Source of the DNA: Lingula anatina
Lineage: Eukaryota > Animalia > Brachiopoda
Direction: 5' to 3'
Assembly (NCBI GenBank): GCA_051362555.1
Contig: CM120640.1
Location: 52,492,788 to 52,556,787 of the forward strand
Length of the DNA stretch: 64,000 bases
In this document: positions 13,019 through 26,841 of the stretch, piece after piece
Layout of the letters: the number at the start of each line of letters is the position of its first letter
Numbering within the stretch: the stretch's first letter is position 1
Translations under genes and position numbers: made by a program
The notes under the pieces: generated by a model
The model's input: the letters and a program-made list of their open reading frames with translations, nothing else
What the model was told of the DNA's origin: nothing
Databases searched by the model: none

Positions 13019-14147
13019 TAAAATGACTTTGGCAGATTCTAGAGATGATAAACAAATACCCATTCCAGGTGGTAGACATTGATTGACAATCACATAATTA
13101 GCAAATGCGAACTAAAAGGGACCGTTTGTGAAAGAAAAAAAATTATTTTTAAAGTCATCAACCATTTTCTAGCTCTTACCATTCATCGTCCTTTCAAATT
13201 TTAACTGCAAATAACATTTGTTTTCATAAGCCAAATAAGCGGTGTTATCCTTTTCTTGCATTTTAATTTTTTTGTAAAATGCTTATTAGAGCAAATGTAA
13301 TTTCAATTCTGCAAAAATGTCGTGTTAAGACAGTGACAACAGGCTGTCTATAAATAATAAATAAATTACAAGTTTTAGTGTTACAAAAATTCAGCACATG
13401 GCATTTTGACTAGCACAAGAAATGTTCTAGGAAAACAGCCAGCCGATATTAGACATATGGCTCATAATTGAAAACCATTTCATGTGGCAGTAATAATAGA
13501 CGAATATATCATTCTGTAAACTCGTGTCCTTTGCTACAATATACAAATTACATGATCACGTTTTTTTTTTTTTTTGTGAAGTTTTTGAAATTATTTATGA
13601 TTCCCCACGTATTGCATTATTTATGATTTTCTTCAAATCAACAGTGCCATTAATTAAACATTAGGCTCGTTTGAGAAAAAGAAATCATTAACATTCTTGT
13701 AAAAGATGACAAACTTATCCCACTCCTTATTTCCTTATAAATTTATTATTTAAGTAGAGGTGATTTCAGAACACTTTCATTCAAAGACAAAAGAGTGTAC
13801 ACAGCGCTTTTTAGAGAGCACACAGGTAAGAGAAAAACTTACGTCAGCTGTAACTATTACTTAAATTTTAGACACAGTTTGCAAATGTACTTTCTTTGTT
13901 TTTCAAAGGGTTACCCAAGGTATCGACAGATTAAATAATTCTTTGACTTATTAAGATTTGAGGTTTTAAAAATATCTTTAAAGGAATAAACACAATTGAA
14001 GACAGTGCAGGCGTAAAAATAATTGTGAAAAACTGCGCACTACAAGTGCGGCTATGCTCTAGTTTATCTTTTTTCATTTTTTTTAGAAAAAAAAAACAAT
14101 AAAACGATAGTAAAACTAATTTGAAATTGCCAACTTTATCAAGAACA

Positions 14148-14254
14148 ATGGATCGACAATTGTCTGGCCTATGCCTGCTAGTTATGCTCTTCGGCAGTTG
14201 TAAGGCTGAGTCGGCCAGGTTAGACCTCTCCAAGCCCATAGGTGGGTATTTTCA

Positions 14255-14290
<36 letters not shown>

Positions 14291-15963
14291 TTCCTGCAAA
14301 TACGAAGGAAAACTTTTAATTAGTATGTTAATTACTACAAGCCGTTTCACAATTTAAATTTTAATAAAACAGCACTAATTATGAAAAAGTCATCAAAATG
14401 ATCATAAACATTATTTTTATATTGCTTTTATTTCCACAATTTTATAAATTTTATACTGCACTGGTTACGAGAAAATAATCAAAATGATAATAATCGTAAT
14501 TTTTATGTTGCTTTTGTTACAGTAAGGTATACCTACAAGTGTATTGTGGACTTCCAAGGGGGTAAGACTCGATAACACCTGTTCATTGTAAATTGTTGAC
14601 AAAGAAATCGACACGTGATTTTTAAAGCCAAGGAATATCTTGCTATAGATAACTCTGATAATCTGAAGTCTATATTCTATATTTTAAAGTGAACATTATT
14701 ATTTATCCAGTTCTATTATACAAAGATAATAAAAAAATTTGAATCTCATACTGAATCTTACTTGAAACGGAGGTCACGATGGTTCGACCCTGTCACAAGG
14801 GCATCGACGGGTGAACTGAAACTGAGTTGTTACCGGTATCACCGGTATTTCCGTTTCAAGTAAGATACAGTATAAGATGAAATTGTCTCATTATCTTAGT
14901 AATTCTATATGTAATTCTAAAAGATTTGAGAGAAATAGGACTAATGCCTAGTCACTAAGGTAAACTAAATCAAATCAAAAACCTTAATTTTATAGTGGGC
15001 GCAACATCTATTCCAGACAGTTACTATGATCTAGTGACCCGCACGGACGGTTATGGCTCTATCAGTGGATTAAACCCGTCATGGGCAATATCTGCTAGCT
15101 TCACAGGCGGGTCTAGAAGCACTGGTGCCTGTGCCCGACAGGCTTTGGCGAAGATTGATTTTAACGCCGGTGCCGGAAAGAAACTACGTATTGATATGTG
15201 TTTTAAGACCCCCTCCGGCAAGAACTTTAACATCGGAGACTCCATCAGTAACAATGGCTATGGTAAGTGATTATATTATATCAGAGAAAAGCGTATCATG
15301 ATTGTTGGTTCAATAAGTACGACCGTTCAGTTAACATTCACATTTTGTCCCCATATTTTGGAAGTACTGTTTATACAGTATGCACGTTTATTTAATTCAT
15401 TTCAAATTTCACTGGGACTATAACATTCAGTTCCAAGATAAGAAATGTATGTGTGCATACTTTGATATTAATACATCTGGTATTTCCCCCATTTGTGCAG
15501 AATAATGCATTACGAATAATTGAAATAAGTTACATATTGTCGATCAATTATGAGAGCATCTTTATCTACTTTACTTTTTACTATATTGATATTTCATTCT
15601 TCATCAGCCGGAGACAGCAATCACCAGCGAAATGATGCCGAAATCCAAAATGACGGAACAAAGTTCCTTGCCTTCAGTCACGACGACTATGGCTCTGACA
15701 GAACTCTAGTAGACGCTCCTGACACTATCCAGCCGTACAGTTCGTTCAGTGTGGAGATCGGAGACAACTACGTGGGTTGGGATAACTACAAAGTCATTCG
15801 ATCTCTCAACTCTACAGGACTTTTTGCTTTAAACGGCCAAGCAGATAAAGGACCTAGAAATCCGGGTCCTAACTACGATATCTTCATGGGGATGAACCGA
15901 GTTGTCCACGGAGCTTACCGAAAAGGCACGGGTCTGTGCGCTGTTGGGTTTAAGTGGCTCTAA
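14148..15963 (+). CDS. Secreted protein of unknown function, 251 aa, 4 exons
   Basis: join(14148-14241, 14523-14561, 14996-15262, 15608-15963). All introns are GT-AG and phase 1, and the frame is open (756 nt). Signal peptide MDRQLSGLCLLVMLFGSCKA. Confidence 0.85.
14744..14877. mobile_element. Small inverted-repeat element (MITE-like) in intron 2
   Basis: Arms tctcatactgaatcttacttgaaacgg / ccgtttcaagtaagatacagtataaga. Confidence 0.6.
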
Positions 15964-16518
15964 ATATAGACGCAAATTTTTATAATGATAAAAAAAGATT
16001 TTTGATTTTTCACTTCTGTATTTGTATACTTTAGTTGAATTATAAATGATATTACTTTCTAAAATTCTTGAAAATTCCTGGCTCTGATCTTCATTTTTAA
16101 TGTTACCCTAATGAGCAATAAACAGCGAGACCTACTCTATGAGTTTTTTCTTAAAAAAAAAAGAGAAATGTGCGGGACCTTTTTATCTCACTTTTTCTTC
16201 ACAAAATGTGTCAAATGTAACTTAGGCAATTGAAACTACCACAGTGATTGCATCTGAAACAATTTATAAGCAGACCTACATGTAAATAAGTTTAAATATG
16301 AAGACTGGCAAAATATTACTTCAATATCCAAACTCTGAACCCCTGACAGTCCAGTTTCCAGTTCCAGACTTTTGTGTAAATACAAAGCCAATAAAATACT
16401 GAAAAATAAGTCAACATCATATGCCCAAGGGATAAGCCACTACAAAACATGCCTTAGTGATCAGGATAAAGTGGACAATTGTGCCCATGGATATATAACT
16501 ATGGTACATAAAGTCCTA

Positions 16519-16768
16519 AAGCGTTGATTACATTTTCACGGGCGCCGTGCGATGAAATTGTCAGAACAATTTTTTTTTTTTTTTTTTGAAATCGTAAGGC
16601 TACGTCGAGTATGTCTACATTAAATGGCCTTAAATACGTACGATTCCGTGCGACTTCGCACGGCCACCGTCAAACTCCGCTCTGACGCCGTGCGAAAGGG
16701 TATCACGGGAAGTATACCGTACGGGCAGTATACCGTGCGGCCATCGCATTTCAAATGTAATCTAGGTT
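16519..16768. mobile_element. CpG-rich MITE-like relic
   Basis: Repeated ccgtgcg/cacgg motifs and short inverted ends gattacattt / aaatgtaatc. Confidence 0.35.
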
Positions 16769-17798
16769 CAAGTTTTCTTGATCTACTGACAGTTAAAAAG
16801 AACTGTCCAAAATTTATATAATAACATGAGAATCCTTATTAAACGGGAGACTGCTTGCAGATATAATTATCAACCTTGGGATAATTTTTGAACAAAGGTA
16901 AAAAGCATATCCTCCTTGGCAGAGGTAATAATAGGATTATGCTAAAATTTCTACTTAACCCTAAAAACCAACTTTACTCATGGGAAGAAAATGGTTTTAT
17001 CCAAATTAAGAACTGCAGCAAAGAAAAAAAAAGCAATAACTAATCTGAAACAGATATAAAACAACAGTTTTAATTCTATAGGAATGGATACAAACATTCT
17101 AGTAATCAGGATTTCAACAATATTTAATATTTTTAACGCAAATATAAGAAAAATGTGTTATTTGTAATACCATTTTTAATTTGACAATTTTACAGTCATA
17201 TGATTTTTTTAGTATTCTTAACACATTCTTAAGATAAATAATGTTTCCTTTAAATTGGATACAAACATTTGCTGTTATACAGTGAATTATCAATCATCAT
17301 ATTTGGCAAGGAATGCAAAATAATAACTTTGATGTAACTTACAATTTCTGGAAAAAATCACAAATCTGATATGTTTATAGACTTGCATCAGATAATATAC
17401 AGAATGTCAAGTAGATCAGATTGTTTGTGTAACATATGTATGGAAACCTAGCCTATATATACTCTTAAATGCAAAAATCTGAGATAATCCCTAACAACTC
17501 ACTTGAGAAGAGGTTGATAAATATCAGGATTGGTGTAGTAACAATTTATCTGAATTTCAAACAACATACTACACTTCCAGTCTTATGCACTTTCCAACCT
17601 TCTCTGGCTTTCTTTTTAAGTACTGCTGGAAAAATTCTGGGTTGTCAATCTGCCCCTTCATTATGGCACTCTTGATGGCCTCTGGGCCTTCAAAACAGGT
17701 CCCCTTGATAACCCCTTTGCGCATAGGGAAAAGAAAAAGTCACAAGAAGCAAGATCAGGTGAATAAGCAGGTTATTCCAGCATGATGATGTACTTATG

Positions 17799-17849
17799 CA
17801 GGCCCATAGCCAGTAATTAAAAAAAAAAAAAAAACTGGCTATGGGCCTG
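17799..17849. mobile_element. 51-bp minimal MITE (TIR - A tract - TIR)
   Basis: Perfect TIR caggcccatagccag / ctggctatgggcctg flanked by the direct repeat TTATG. Confidence 0.8.
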
Positions 17850-19568
17850 TTATGGTCACAGTACACAATCTAAAAAGTTCTTTAATAATATGATTCTTGA
17901 ATATAATTTAACACATCTAATTAAATTCTGTTGTTATCATTATAAGTTTATATAATATTTCTTGGATAACACTGAAAAGCATCATATTCGGGCAGTAAAC
18001 CATCCAATTATTACAGTCAAATACAAGAATATTACTTCTGAAAAAATATCTTTTGAAGTGTTTCATTGATTATACAACCAACTGTAATTGAAGAAAATGT
18101 ATATGTCTACCCTACCTGTACCATTACATTTTAATCAACTATATATACAATTTCATAGTAAACATTCATTAAAATGAATTACATTCTCATGTGGATACTT
18201 GGATATCAATACATCTTAATCTAGAATAAATCAAACTTGCAGTCAGATTTTTACACCCAACTCACTAAATATATCTGTTGATTCCATACTACAGGCATGA
18301 TGGTAGGTTAAATGCTTCCAAAATTTAGGGTTATCAACTGTCAACAATCTACCTAGTTTCAAGGTCATGATCAAGCAAATAAAATTGCAGACAGGCAATT
18401 CATTTGACATGTATAAATGCAAATATCACACACAAGAGCCAAGATAGACAAGTGTTAACAGTTACATGTATGAATTGAACAATTGGAAGGGCAAATTTCA
18501 ACTGCTGTAGCCATGTTGAAACAACTTATTGCACATATTAGCATATTTCACATATTTTATACTTCTTTATTTACATATTATGAGCTGGGCATCTGGGTTA
18601 AGCAATGGTGTTATGTTTTCCTAGAATCACCTCAATTTACCCCAACCTTCTCTTTATCAGTGACAACTGTCTGCTTCCAACATCTGACCTTCACCATACT
18701 TAAAGGTATCTAATACTTGATTTTTGCACCAAATCTAATTAACCTCACCATTTTTTTCCTTTTCATAAATCATAGCTTTACCCTATCCTTACACTTGGAT
18801 TCAATGTTTTTCTCCCATTTTCAATATAATTAATAAGCCCTGAACACTTCACAATCGATTTAGACTGTTTTCCTAACATATCAGAAGAAAACACTGACAT
18901 CAGGCATTTTTAATTGAAGGTATTTATCACTTTATTAAATTAAGGTTTAAATTGGGGGAAATTTACAGGATATCTAGACTTAAAAATATTACACTGAGGC
19001 ATTTTCAAACATGTACAGTATATTTTTAAACTGTTATCAGGCCTATCACAATAGCCACATTTAAATAGAGCTGCTGTCAATGTACTGAAAATACAACACA
19101 CTAGAAAAATATCAAATATCTGTGAATAAGATTTGGTCACATTCAGATAACCATATCTGTATGGAATACATTAAAATATAATTAAATAATTTAAACAAAT
19201 CAGTTGCCATCTGACATTAATTTGGTTTGCTCTTGGGTAAATTTTTTAGTTTCCAATTAGGTAGACTACAGTTAAATCATTTCATCCAACAACTGTCAAA
19301 AAATTCAAGCATATTTCTAAGTAGATAATGTAGTACTCCAACTGAATATACAAAACACTTTTCATATAACCTTGAGGAACCTGTTAGATCCCGCTCTTGC
19401 CATCTTCTTCTGAAACCAAAAGCGTATTGTTCCTTTGGAAGCCCAATGGCTGACAGACAGATACCAATTCAGTCTAGTGAAGCTCAGAACCCAGATTTGA
19501 AGTAGAGCAGGTGGTGCTATGTAACAAGACAGTCCATGTCTGAGGCTGAGGCTGCGGGTACACACACA

Positions 19569-22500
19569 CTAGGCCAGCTTTCCTGATGGAGGAGGAGGTG
19601 GTAATAGAGGAACAGGCTGTGCGGTTTGTGGTGCTCCAAACTGCTGTGGCTGGTACTGCTGGCCTTGCTGACTAGTGGCTGGTATATAAAAAAATATGGT
19701 AAATGATTCACTGTTTATTATTTTAAAAAGTGACAGACAATGTTCACCAAATAATGCTTCAGAAGTTCAAGTACCCTCTACCAGGGCGACTGATAGATTT
19801 TTACAGATATTCACAGATATGTCTCTAGCTAGATAGATGGTCATTTTGGGCTGAAGTCACCCTGTTGAGGAATCTCAAGGCTGATTACATGGCTGGTAAT
19901 TGTTTACATAACTGCTCAGGCACTGCCACTTAGCAGATCCAGTCTAAGTCTGCCTGACAGCAATCAAGACAGTTAATTGCTCTGACCTTAATCACTTGCT
20001 CTTCTGAGACAGATAAAAATAGCCCCCTATGAATAGCTTGTTACTTCAGAGTGAGGCTAACTGAGGAATCCCCTGAAGTAGTTGTAGAGGTATATAAATA
20101 CTGGTGCAGTAGCAGCCTGAGAGCATTAGTATTGAACGAGAAGAAGCAGATCAGATACTAAGAAAATTTTGGGCTTTTGTAGGGGTGACAGAACATCAAT
20201 TTGTAGCAGTGAGTGCTGCACTCAGTGGGAAGGATGTGCATGTTGGCATTCCTACAGGAGGTGGGGAAAAGCCTATCCAGCTGCTTCCATTTCTAGAAGA
20301 GTCCATGCCAAATGTCCCCTCTAACGTGACCACTTTCAAAGAACTTGTGTACGGCCCACTCTTTGGTCCCACTACAATTGAACTCTTGAGTCTAAATCAA
20401 AGATATATTTATTTCAGAAGATTAGATTTTACCTGAATCACGTTGCTTTAACCTACGGGTGCACTGTACACGTACTAATGTCACAGTTCTCTCCCTGTGA
20501 ATATCTGCAAAAATCTATCAGTCACCCTGGTAGAGGGTACTTCAGAAGTAACAGGAAATATAAATAATATTGACTGAAAAGCAATTATCAGTTGCTTCTG
20601 TCTAAAATGGAACATTTATCACCTGAGAACTGACATTCAAAACCCAACATTCCTCCCCCCCCCCCCCCAAACTTTGTGAAATTGGTTTCAACCATAACCT
20701 CAAGGAAGCAGATTTGATAACAAACACCCCTTGCAAACCTACTGTAATAAGGCAACTGCAGTCAAGTGTCGAAAGCCATTTTAGTAAAACCAAATAAAAA
20801 TGTAATTTAAACAAGAAACTGAAAATAGGAAATGGGTTGTCTGTAACCCTATGAAACCCAATGCAAGTCAGTACTTGCTTTTCTTAAAATTTTATCATAT
20901 TCCCAGTTTAATGAAAGACATCAAAATATATACTAAATCTCACCAACTGCTTCTGAATAGGTAGGTGGCTGAGTCGGTCCCATCTGTTGTGCTCTGTGTT
21001 GTGCCTCTGCCTCCTGCTGCAGTCTAACTTGTTCTGCATGCTGTCTAAGGGCCTGTTGGGCTTGCTGCAGTGCTTGGCTGTCAGTTTCTACAGAACAATT
21101 TAGTATGTATATCAATCTTTTTATGATTTCAAGATATACAGAAACTGTTCACAAAATGCTTGAAAGTTGCACTGGAAAAACTGATGAAGATACCTTTTCT
21201 GGTAAAAGGGACAAAGTGTCTAAGTAGACAAATTTCTGAATTATCCTGAAATTTTACCAAAATCCATCCTTAACACACTTCCTTAAAAGTACACAAGCAA
21301 CTTCTTGTTTAATTTATCTGTGGACAAGCAATAGTTGATCATTTTTTTGATGGATAATTATTAATGTCACTAAAAATATTTTAATTCATCCCCTCCTGAC
21401 AAACCTTGCCACCTGTCATCCATCTTAACACACTGAAATTGGGTGATCGAAGTGATGGTGGAATTTGAAAATCCCATGCTTAAACCGCCAAATAATTGTT
21501 AATAACTTTTTTATGTTCCAACACCGTAACAGAGTGTGAGGATAGGGGATCAAAGGTTGATTAGTGAGAAAAAATAAAAATAAAAAGGTTAGCCACACAA
21601 GAATTTGCAACAATAATTACAAATTTTTTACTTTTTTGCTGAGCATGAACAGCTTCTTTGTTCAGGCCCGTAGCCAGCAATTTCAAAAGGGGGGTTCTTT
21701 TTCTGAAAAAGTGGACCTTTTTCCTTAAAAACTTCATGTACCTAGATCAAATTTTACCCAGAGTGGACCTTTTCCCAGCAAAAGGGGTGGTTCTTTCGAC
21801 CCCCCCCCCCCCCCCGACCCCCCCCCCCTGGCTACGGGCCTGTTTGTTTATATATATAGGGTAGAGGGTGCAACTTTCTGTGTCCAATCTATTTTCACGG
21901 GGACAAAATGTTAGACTATATATAATTATCTAAATTGTTGAGGGAAGAAAAAACATTCTTACGGGGTGCAATATCCACCACCCGTCCCCTTGATAAAGGT
22001 GTCCTCATAACTATGGGGGATGCAATGTCATGCATGATGTCAGTAACTGTGGATGCCCTGTGAATCTGAAAAAAAATTACAAAAATACAATAAAAAGTTT
22101 GGGGCTGTTAACTAGCAAACCAACAAAATTAAAACATAACTTTCTTGGCAGAGGTAGTAATGCTTTAGAAGTACAGATGTATAAAATGGATGGATAAAAA
22201 AGTCCTGTACCCTTGACTTTAATAACTCATATATCCTTGTGAGGGATCAATTAAATTTCATTCAATACTACTTTATATTACCTCTCACTCACAAGTTTCA
22301 AATTCTTAAGCTTAATATAATCCATGTAATGATCAATTAAAGAATTGTAAATCTATGCATCAAAACTTGCATGCACCAGAGGCAATATCTTTTTTAAATT
22401 TTGTCCACTACATGTATCAATGCCAATTTTTGAACAACCTGATTTTAAAATTTGGATTATTTTTTAAGTTAATGAAAATATTAACTCAAATTCATCATAA

Positions 22501-24513
22501 AGAACACAAAACATATATAATATTTTTGTCTGCAAGAAGTAAAATGTAATAATTACAAAAATATGTTAATCTGATTTTAGTGCTTGTTTTTGTACTTCCA
22601 AAACTTTGCTTTTACCCTCACTAGCGCAAAGCCACGAGATACCTTGTAACCAAGTGTTCTGTCAAAAATGTTAATATTTCAAAAACACTTTTTCAACACT
22701 ATAATGGGGGTATAGAAGTTTTATAGTGTTAATTTCTATTAAAGTGGTCATTTCGTGATGCATTTCAGCCCAAAAATAATTCTGCTAACCAACAATTAAA
22801 GACATTGTTCAAGAAAAAAGGTGGCAGCCTTCCTTACCATATAACAGGGAGCAGACATCAGCCAGCACACATTACAGAGTACTGCCCAGATAACATTGCA
22901 ATCAAAGCAGTGTTGGTACTTTGTGTGGTTGGTGATGTACAGGCGGGTATATTTGCTCTTTGTATTGGAACGTGAACATCCACTGTCCACATCAAGAATC
23001 TCAGCATACCAACGCTCTAGGGTTGGGCCGAGGTCAAACTGTGAAAGAACAAACAAGACTGTACCTTTAAGTATGAGTTAATTAGTTTTTAAAACAGCCA
23101 GTTGTCAGATCTGAACAAAGAATGTGGTAAGACAATGACAATTTGAGACTGTTTGGTGTGTGGTATGGCACTGAGTCACTTGTTTCATAATGCTGCTGAC
23201 AATGTTAGAGGTGCTAAACAATGCGTTTGATGTAGGCCTGATATTAGTGCTGTTGTTTTCCTTATGGACAGATATTGAAAGTCATATGTATTTTCATTTT
23301 TTTATTTGCGAAAACAGATTCCAATTCTATCCTTCACAAATAATTACACACAAATCCTACCTCAAGACAAAACTTTTTACCCTGGCTGAGTTCGTTCATG
23401 GCTTCTTCAAACTTTGGTTCCATTTGATGTCTAATCTGTGGGTGAAGGGTGTTGATAAGAACTGCAAAATCACCTGAAATAGAAACAACAAATGTTGTTG
23501 TTCTAGACTTACTTTTCCTATAGATTTAAGAACTAAAAGCTGTAGTGTCCTAGAATGTCTGACAAAAATGAGGTAAAATAAGTGACTTTCCCCTCTAGCC
23601 TAACTTAGTGCAGTCGATTTTGAAAAACAGTATTTATGTATATGTAAAAAACAAAATTGATAAGAGGGTCCATTTGTGTAAAAAAATTGACAATGTGAAA
23701 TTATATAAATTGCAAAGTGCACTGTGTTCACAAAAAAGAAAACGTATTTTCGTTCATGTCCAGTTTTTCTCGTGTCTGCTGCCATGCTTTTGCCCAGATT
23801 AGTTTATACAATTACTCTTACTTACCCATATACACACACCTATCATTATAAGAAGTATAATCAAATGTAACAATTCCATGATATTTTTTACCTCTCCAAC
23901 GTGTCCTTACTCTGACCAGACCATAATCTTCCACCTTCACATGTTCAGTATAAACACGCATGAACAAAGGCTTGCTGAACAACTCTTCACGAACCTGAAC
24001 AAGGTCATCAATTGTTTCAACATGAAGAAGTCTGGAATGAAAAAACAATGATTTGAATACTAATCTTTTACCAAGCAGTGTTACCTAGAATTATTCTATT
24101 TGGCCAGTTCAGCTTTTTGAAGTTTAGGCAAAGTGACGCAACAAGTAGCCCTTTGCTGACACTAGAATCCAACATTCAAACCACTCAAAAAGTAATAAAA
24201 TATGACACAAATTACCACAGGCTGGAACAAATTCATCAAGATTTGAGATATTCATTAGTTCAGTCATATTTCTATTTTGTTCCACATACTTACACAGAAA
24301 AGGGGGTGATGGAAACCTGGGTGACATTTTTCCCTTACCAGGGAGAATTTTGTTCATTAACTATTCACAGATATAGCACTGGCTATTAATGATCCAACAT
24401 AGTAAGAATAAAGTTTTGTTTTGCCTTAATACATTGTCAATAAACAATCTGTCATCACTAAAAGATGCCTTGAACAGTTTTGTCTAGTAGCATGGTAGCT
24501 CTCTCTCTCTCTC

Positions 24514-24553
<40 letters not shown>

Positions 24554-24862
24554 CTAGATTATCCATCATAACTGATTTGGATGCCTGTAGATCCATTTAA
24601 GAAACAACAATTAAGAAGCTATGTATTTTAAAGAAGTTTGGAACAACCAATTTTATGAAATCTTGTATGAATTGATAGCAAAATCATTTTTAGTGCAATG
24701 CGCTGTATTGCGCAATTAAGATCCAACTCCAGTACCAGTATATCTGTCTGTTTCATATTCAACTCTTTTTTAACGTAAAAGAAATACTATACATGAAGAT
24801 ATGTCATATTTTGGCAAATATTACTTAGATGTCAAACTAAAAGATCAAAATCAGTTAAGTGT

Positions 24863-24935
<73 letters not shown>

Positions 24936-25360
24936 TAAAAATACCAGTACAAGGCATTAGTCTTTTATTCTTTATATCAATTTTTAAAGCAATTAACTTA
25001 TATCTATTCAATTGAATGGATTTGTTTATTTATTTATTACTTTTCATCGATTCACTTATTTATCTCATTCATTGATTTGTAGAATGGCATTTAAAGGTCT
25101 TTTTAGGTTGTCTCTAGAGCCATTTAAAACAGATCAGTGTGACAGCAAAGTGTGTCTGTGGCAAGCTACCGGGGCTCTTGTACATACCTTGCCTCTGCAT
25201 TACTCTGTCCTCCATTCGAAGATGTGTTTTGAAGAAATTTTACTCGGTTTGGGTCGTATGTCAGCCTGCCAGGGGTTGGGGCAAATAGTCCGTACATGAG
25301 AGGTGGGTCAACGATGAATTCTGACCAGGAAATGGCCGTAACTGGTGCAACAGCCGCCAT
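19569..25360 (-). CDS. Uncharacterised 349-aa protein, 7 exons, with a Cys-rich hydrophobic segment, Q-rich helix and PPxY motif
   Basis: complement join(25360-25188, 24031-23826, 23473-23361, 23038-22838, 22065-21963, 21087-20944, 19678-19569). All introns are GT-AG, phases are compatible and the frame is open (1050 nt). The ATG context is caagATGGCG in a CpG-richer patch. Confidence 0.85.
19772..20539 (+). mobile_element. Non-autonomous DNA transposon with a RecQ-like helicase remnant (Academ-like)
   Basis: ~44-bp TIR taccctctaccagggYgactgatagattttt.cagatattcacag. The internal 20185-20300 segment translates HQFVAVSAALSGKDVHVGIPTGGG, resembling RecQ motif 0/I. Confidence 0.65.
21663..21842. 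mobile_element. MITE of the same family as 3085-3245, opposite orientation
   Basis: Perfect TIR caggcccgtagccag flanked by the direct repeat TTTGTT. Confidence 0.85.
24499..24932. repeat. (CT)n/(TA)n microsatellites in intron 1
   Basis: Visible at ~24499-24551 and ~24868-24932. Confidence 0.95.
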
Positions 25361-25662
25361 CTTGTGTAAGTGTAAAACTGGAACAGGATATTATATCTAG
25401 GGCACGTCGCGCAGCCAGTTTTTTTCATGACATCATTCTATTACTTGTGCGCATGCGGGTTACAGAATTTGCAAAATGAGGTTAGACGTTTTATGATAGT
25501 GCTTGCGCTGAATGATATGTTATTTTGCACACAAAGTAACTCCCCCCCCCCCCCCCCCCCCCCCCCAATTAGTAGGCCCTACTAATAAATTTTTGGTTTT
25601 TGAAAATATTCACATCGTCTGCTAGAGTTTAAAAAAAATCCTTGGTTAGCCGACAGGCCTAG

Positions 25663-25943
25663 GAGTGGCGGATTTAGAGGGGATCGATCTTGACTCCCCT
25701 TCAATTTCTGAAAAAATAACATCAAAGGTTCCCTTTTCAAATTAGAATTTTGACAAGCTGAATTATAGTTCTAAACCGTACCAAATGGCACCGTTTGCCC
25801 TCTAAAATACCAAAAATTTTCGGGGACCCCCCTTTCAGCAAACCCCGAACCGCACGCCAATTTGGGGGGGGAGGGGGGGGGGGAGGGAAGGGGTGGAGAA
25901 GGGTCGACTTCGCACCCTTCAAATAATCCTGAATCCGCCCCTG
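25663..25943. mobile_element. MITE with GGCGGATT-type TIRs
   Basis: agtggcggattt ... aatccgcccctg ends around a G/C-run interior. Confidence 0.5.
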
Positions 25944-26781
25944 TATAGGCCTATATAGGCATATCACCCCACTGTATAAAGTTTTTACTTTAACAAAAAA
26001 AAGTAGGCCTAATAATAATAATAATAGGAATGCACATTAACCGCATTGTTGGCTGGTAGGCCTATACGCAATGCCTAATCATAAAAATGTTTTCGATACA
26101 TCCCCTATCTCTAATTGTGTAAAGTTCATTTTTTTGTGATCAAATGAATGTAGACTAGGCCTATTGTTAACACAAAAACTAGGCCTACATATCTGCGTTG
26201 AACTAGGCCTACATTTCCCGATAGTGCTTTTACCAAGCAGCACATCAATCTGCCGCGTAAAGCAACTTTTGCTTTCAGTCTGTTCCATACCTTCTCAATC
26301 TGTTCCATAACTTTTTTGTTACGCCTACTTATCAATGCCTCACTGTAATGTCCAAAAAAGTTTTTTTCTTGGAGGTAAGATGTAGGCCTAAATAACTTCT
26401 CGCATATTTTAATATGCATATTTTAATTTTAAAAAGAAGAGACATTAGCAGATAATGTACACTATATGCAGCCTTAAAACAATAATGTATCATTTTTCCA
26501 ATTTGACCTAATCATTTTAATTCCGTTAGGGAGGTCAGGTCGGGTGTGTCTCGATAGTCCGTTAGTCCGTTAGATGGTTCATTAGTCCGAAGGTTCGATA
26601 GTCCGAATGTAGGCCTACTTTATAAATGGGGTATAGTGTACTAGTAATAAAGTAAATAAAGTTCATGACAGACGCCTGCGCAGCCACATTAGACAGAAAT
26701 GAAAATTCGGGGAGTAGGCCAGGGCTGTAGATAAATACCAGGACCGTCAATTGATAAATAACGCGCACCTTTCTGTCATGA

Positions 26782-26841
26782 ATTAGCCAGAGGCACATCT
26801 GTGAATATCTGGTTAAAAATCTGTAACCTTGGTAGAGGGTA
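26782..26841. mobile_element. Isolated right TIR of the Academ-like family
   Basis: atctgtgaatatctg..aaaaatct..cttggtagagggta matches 20495-20539. Confidence 0.6.
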
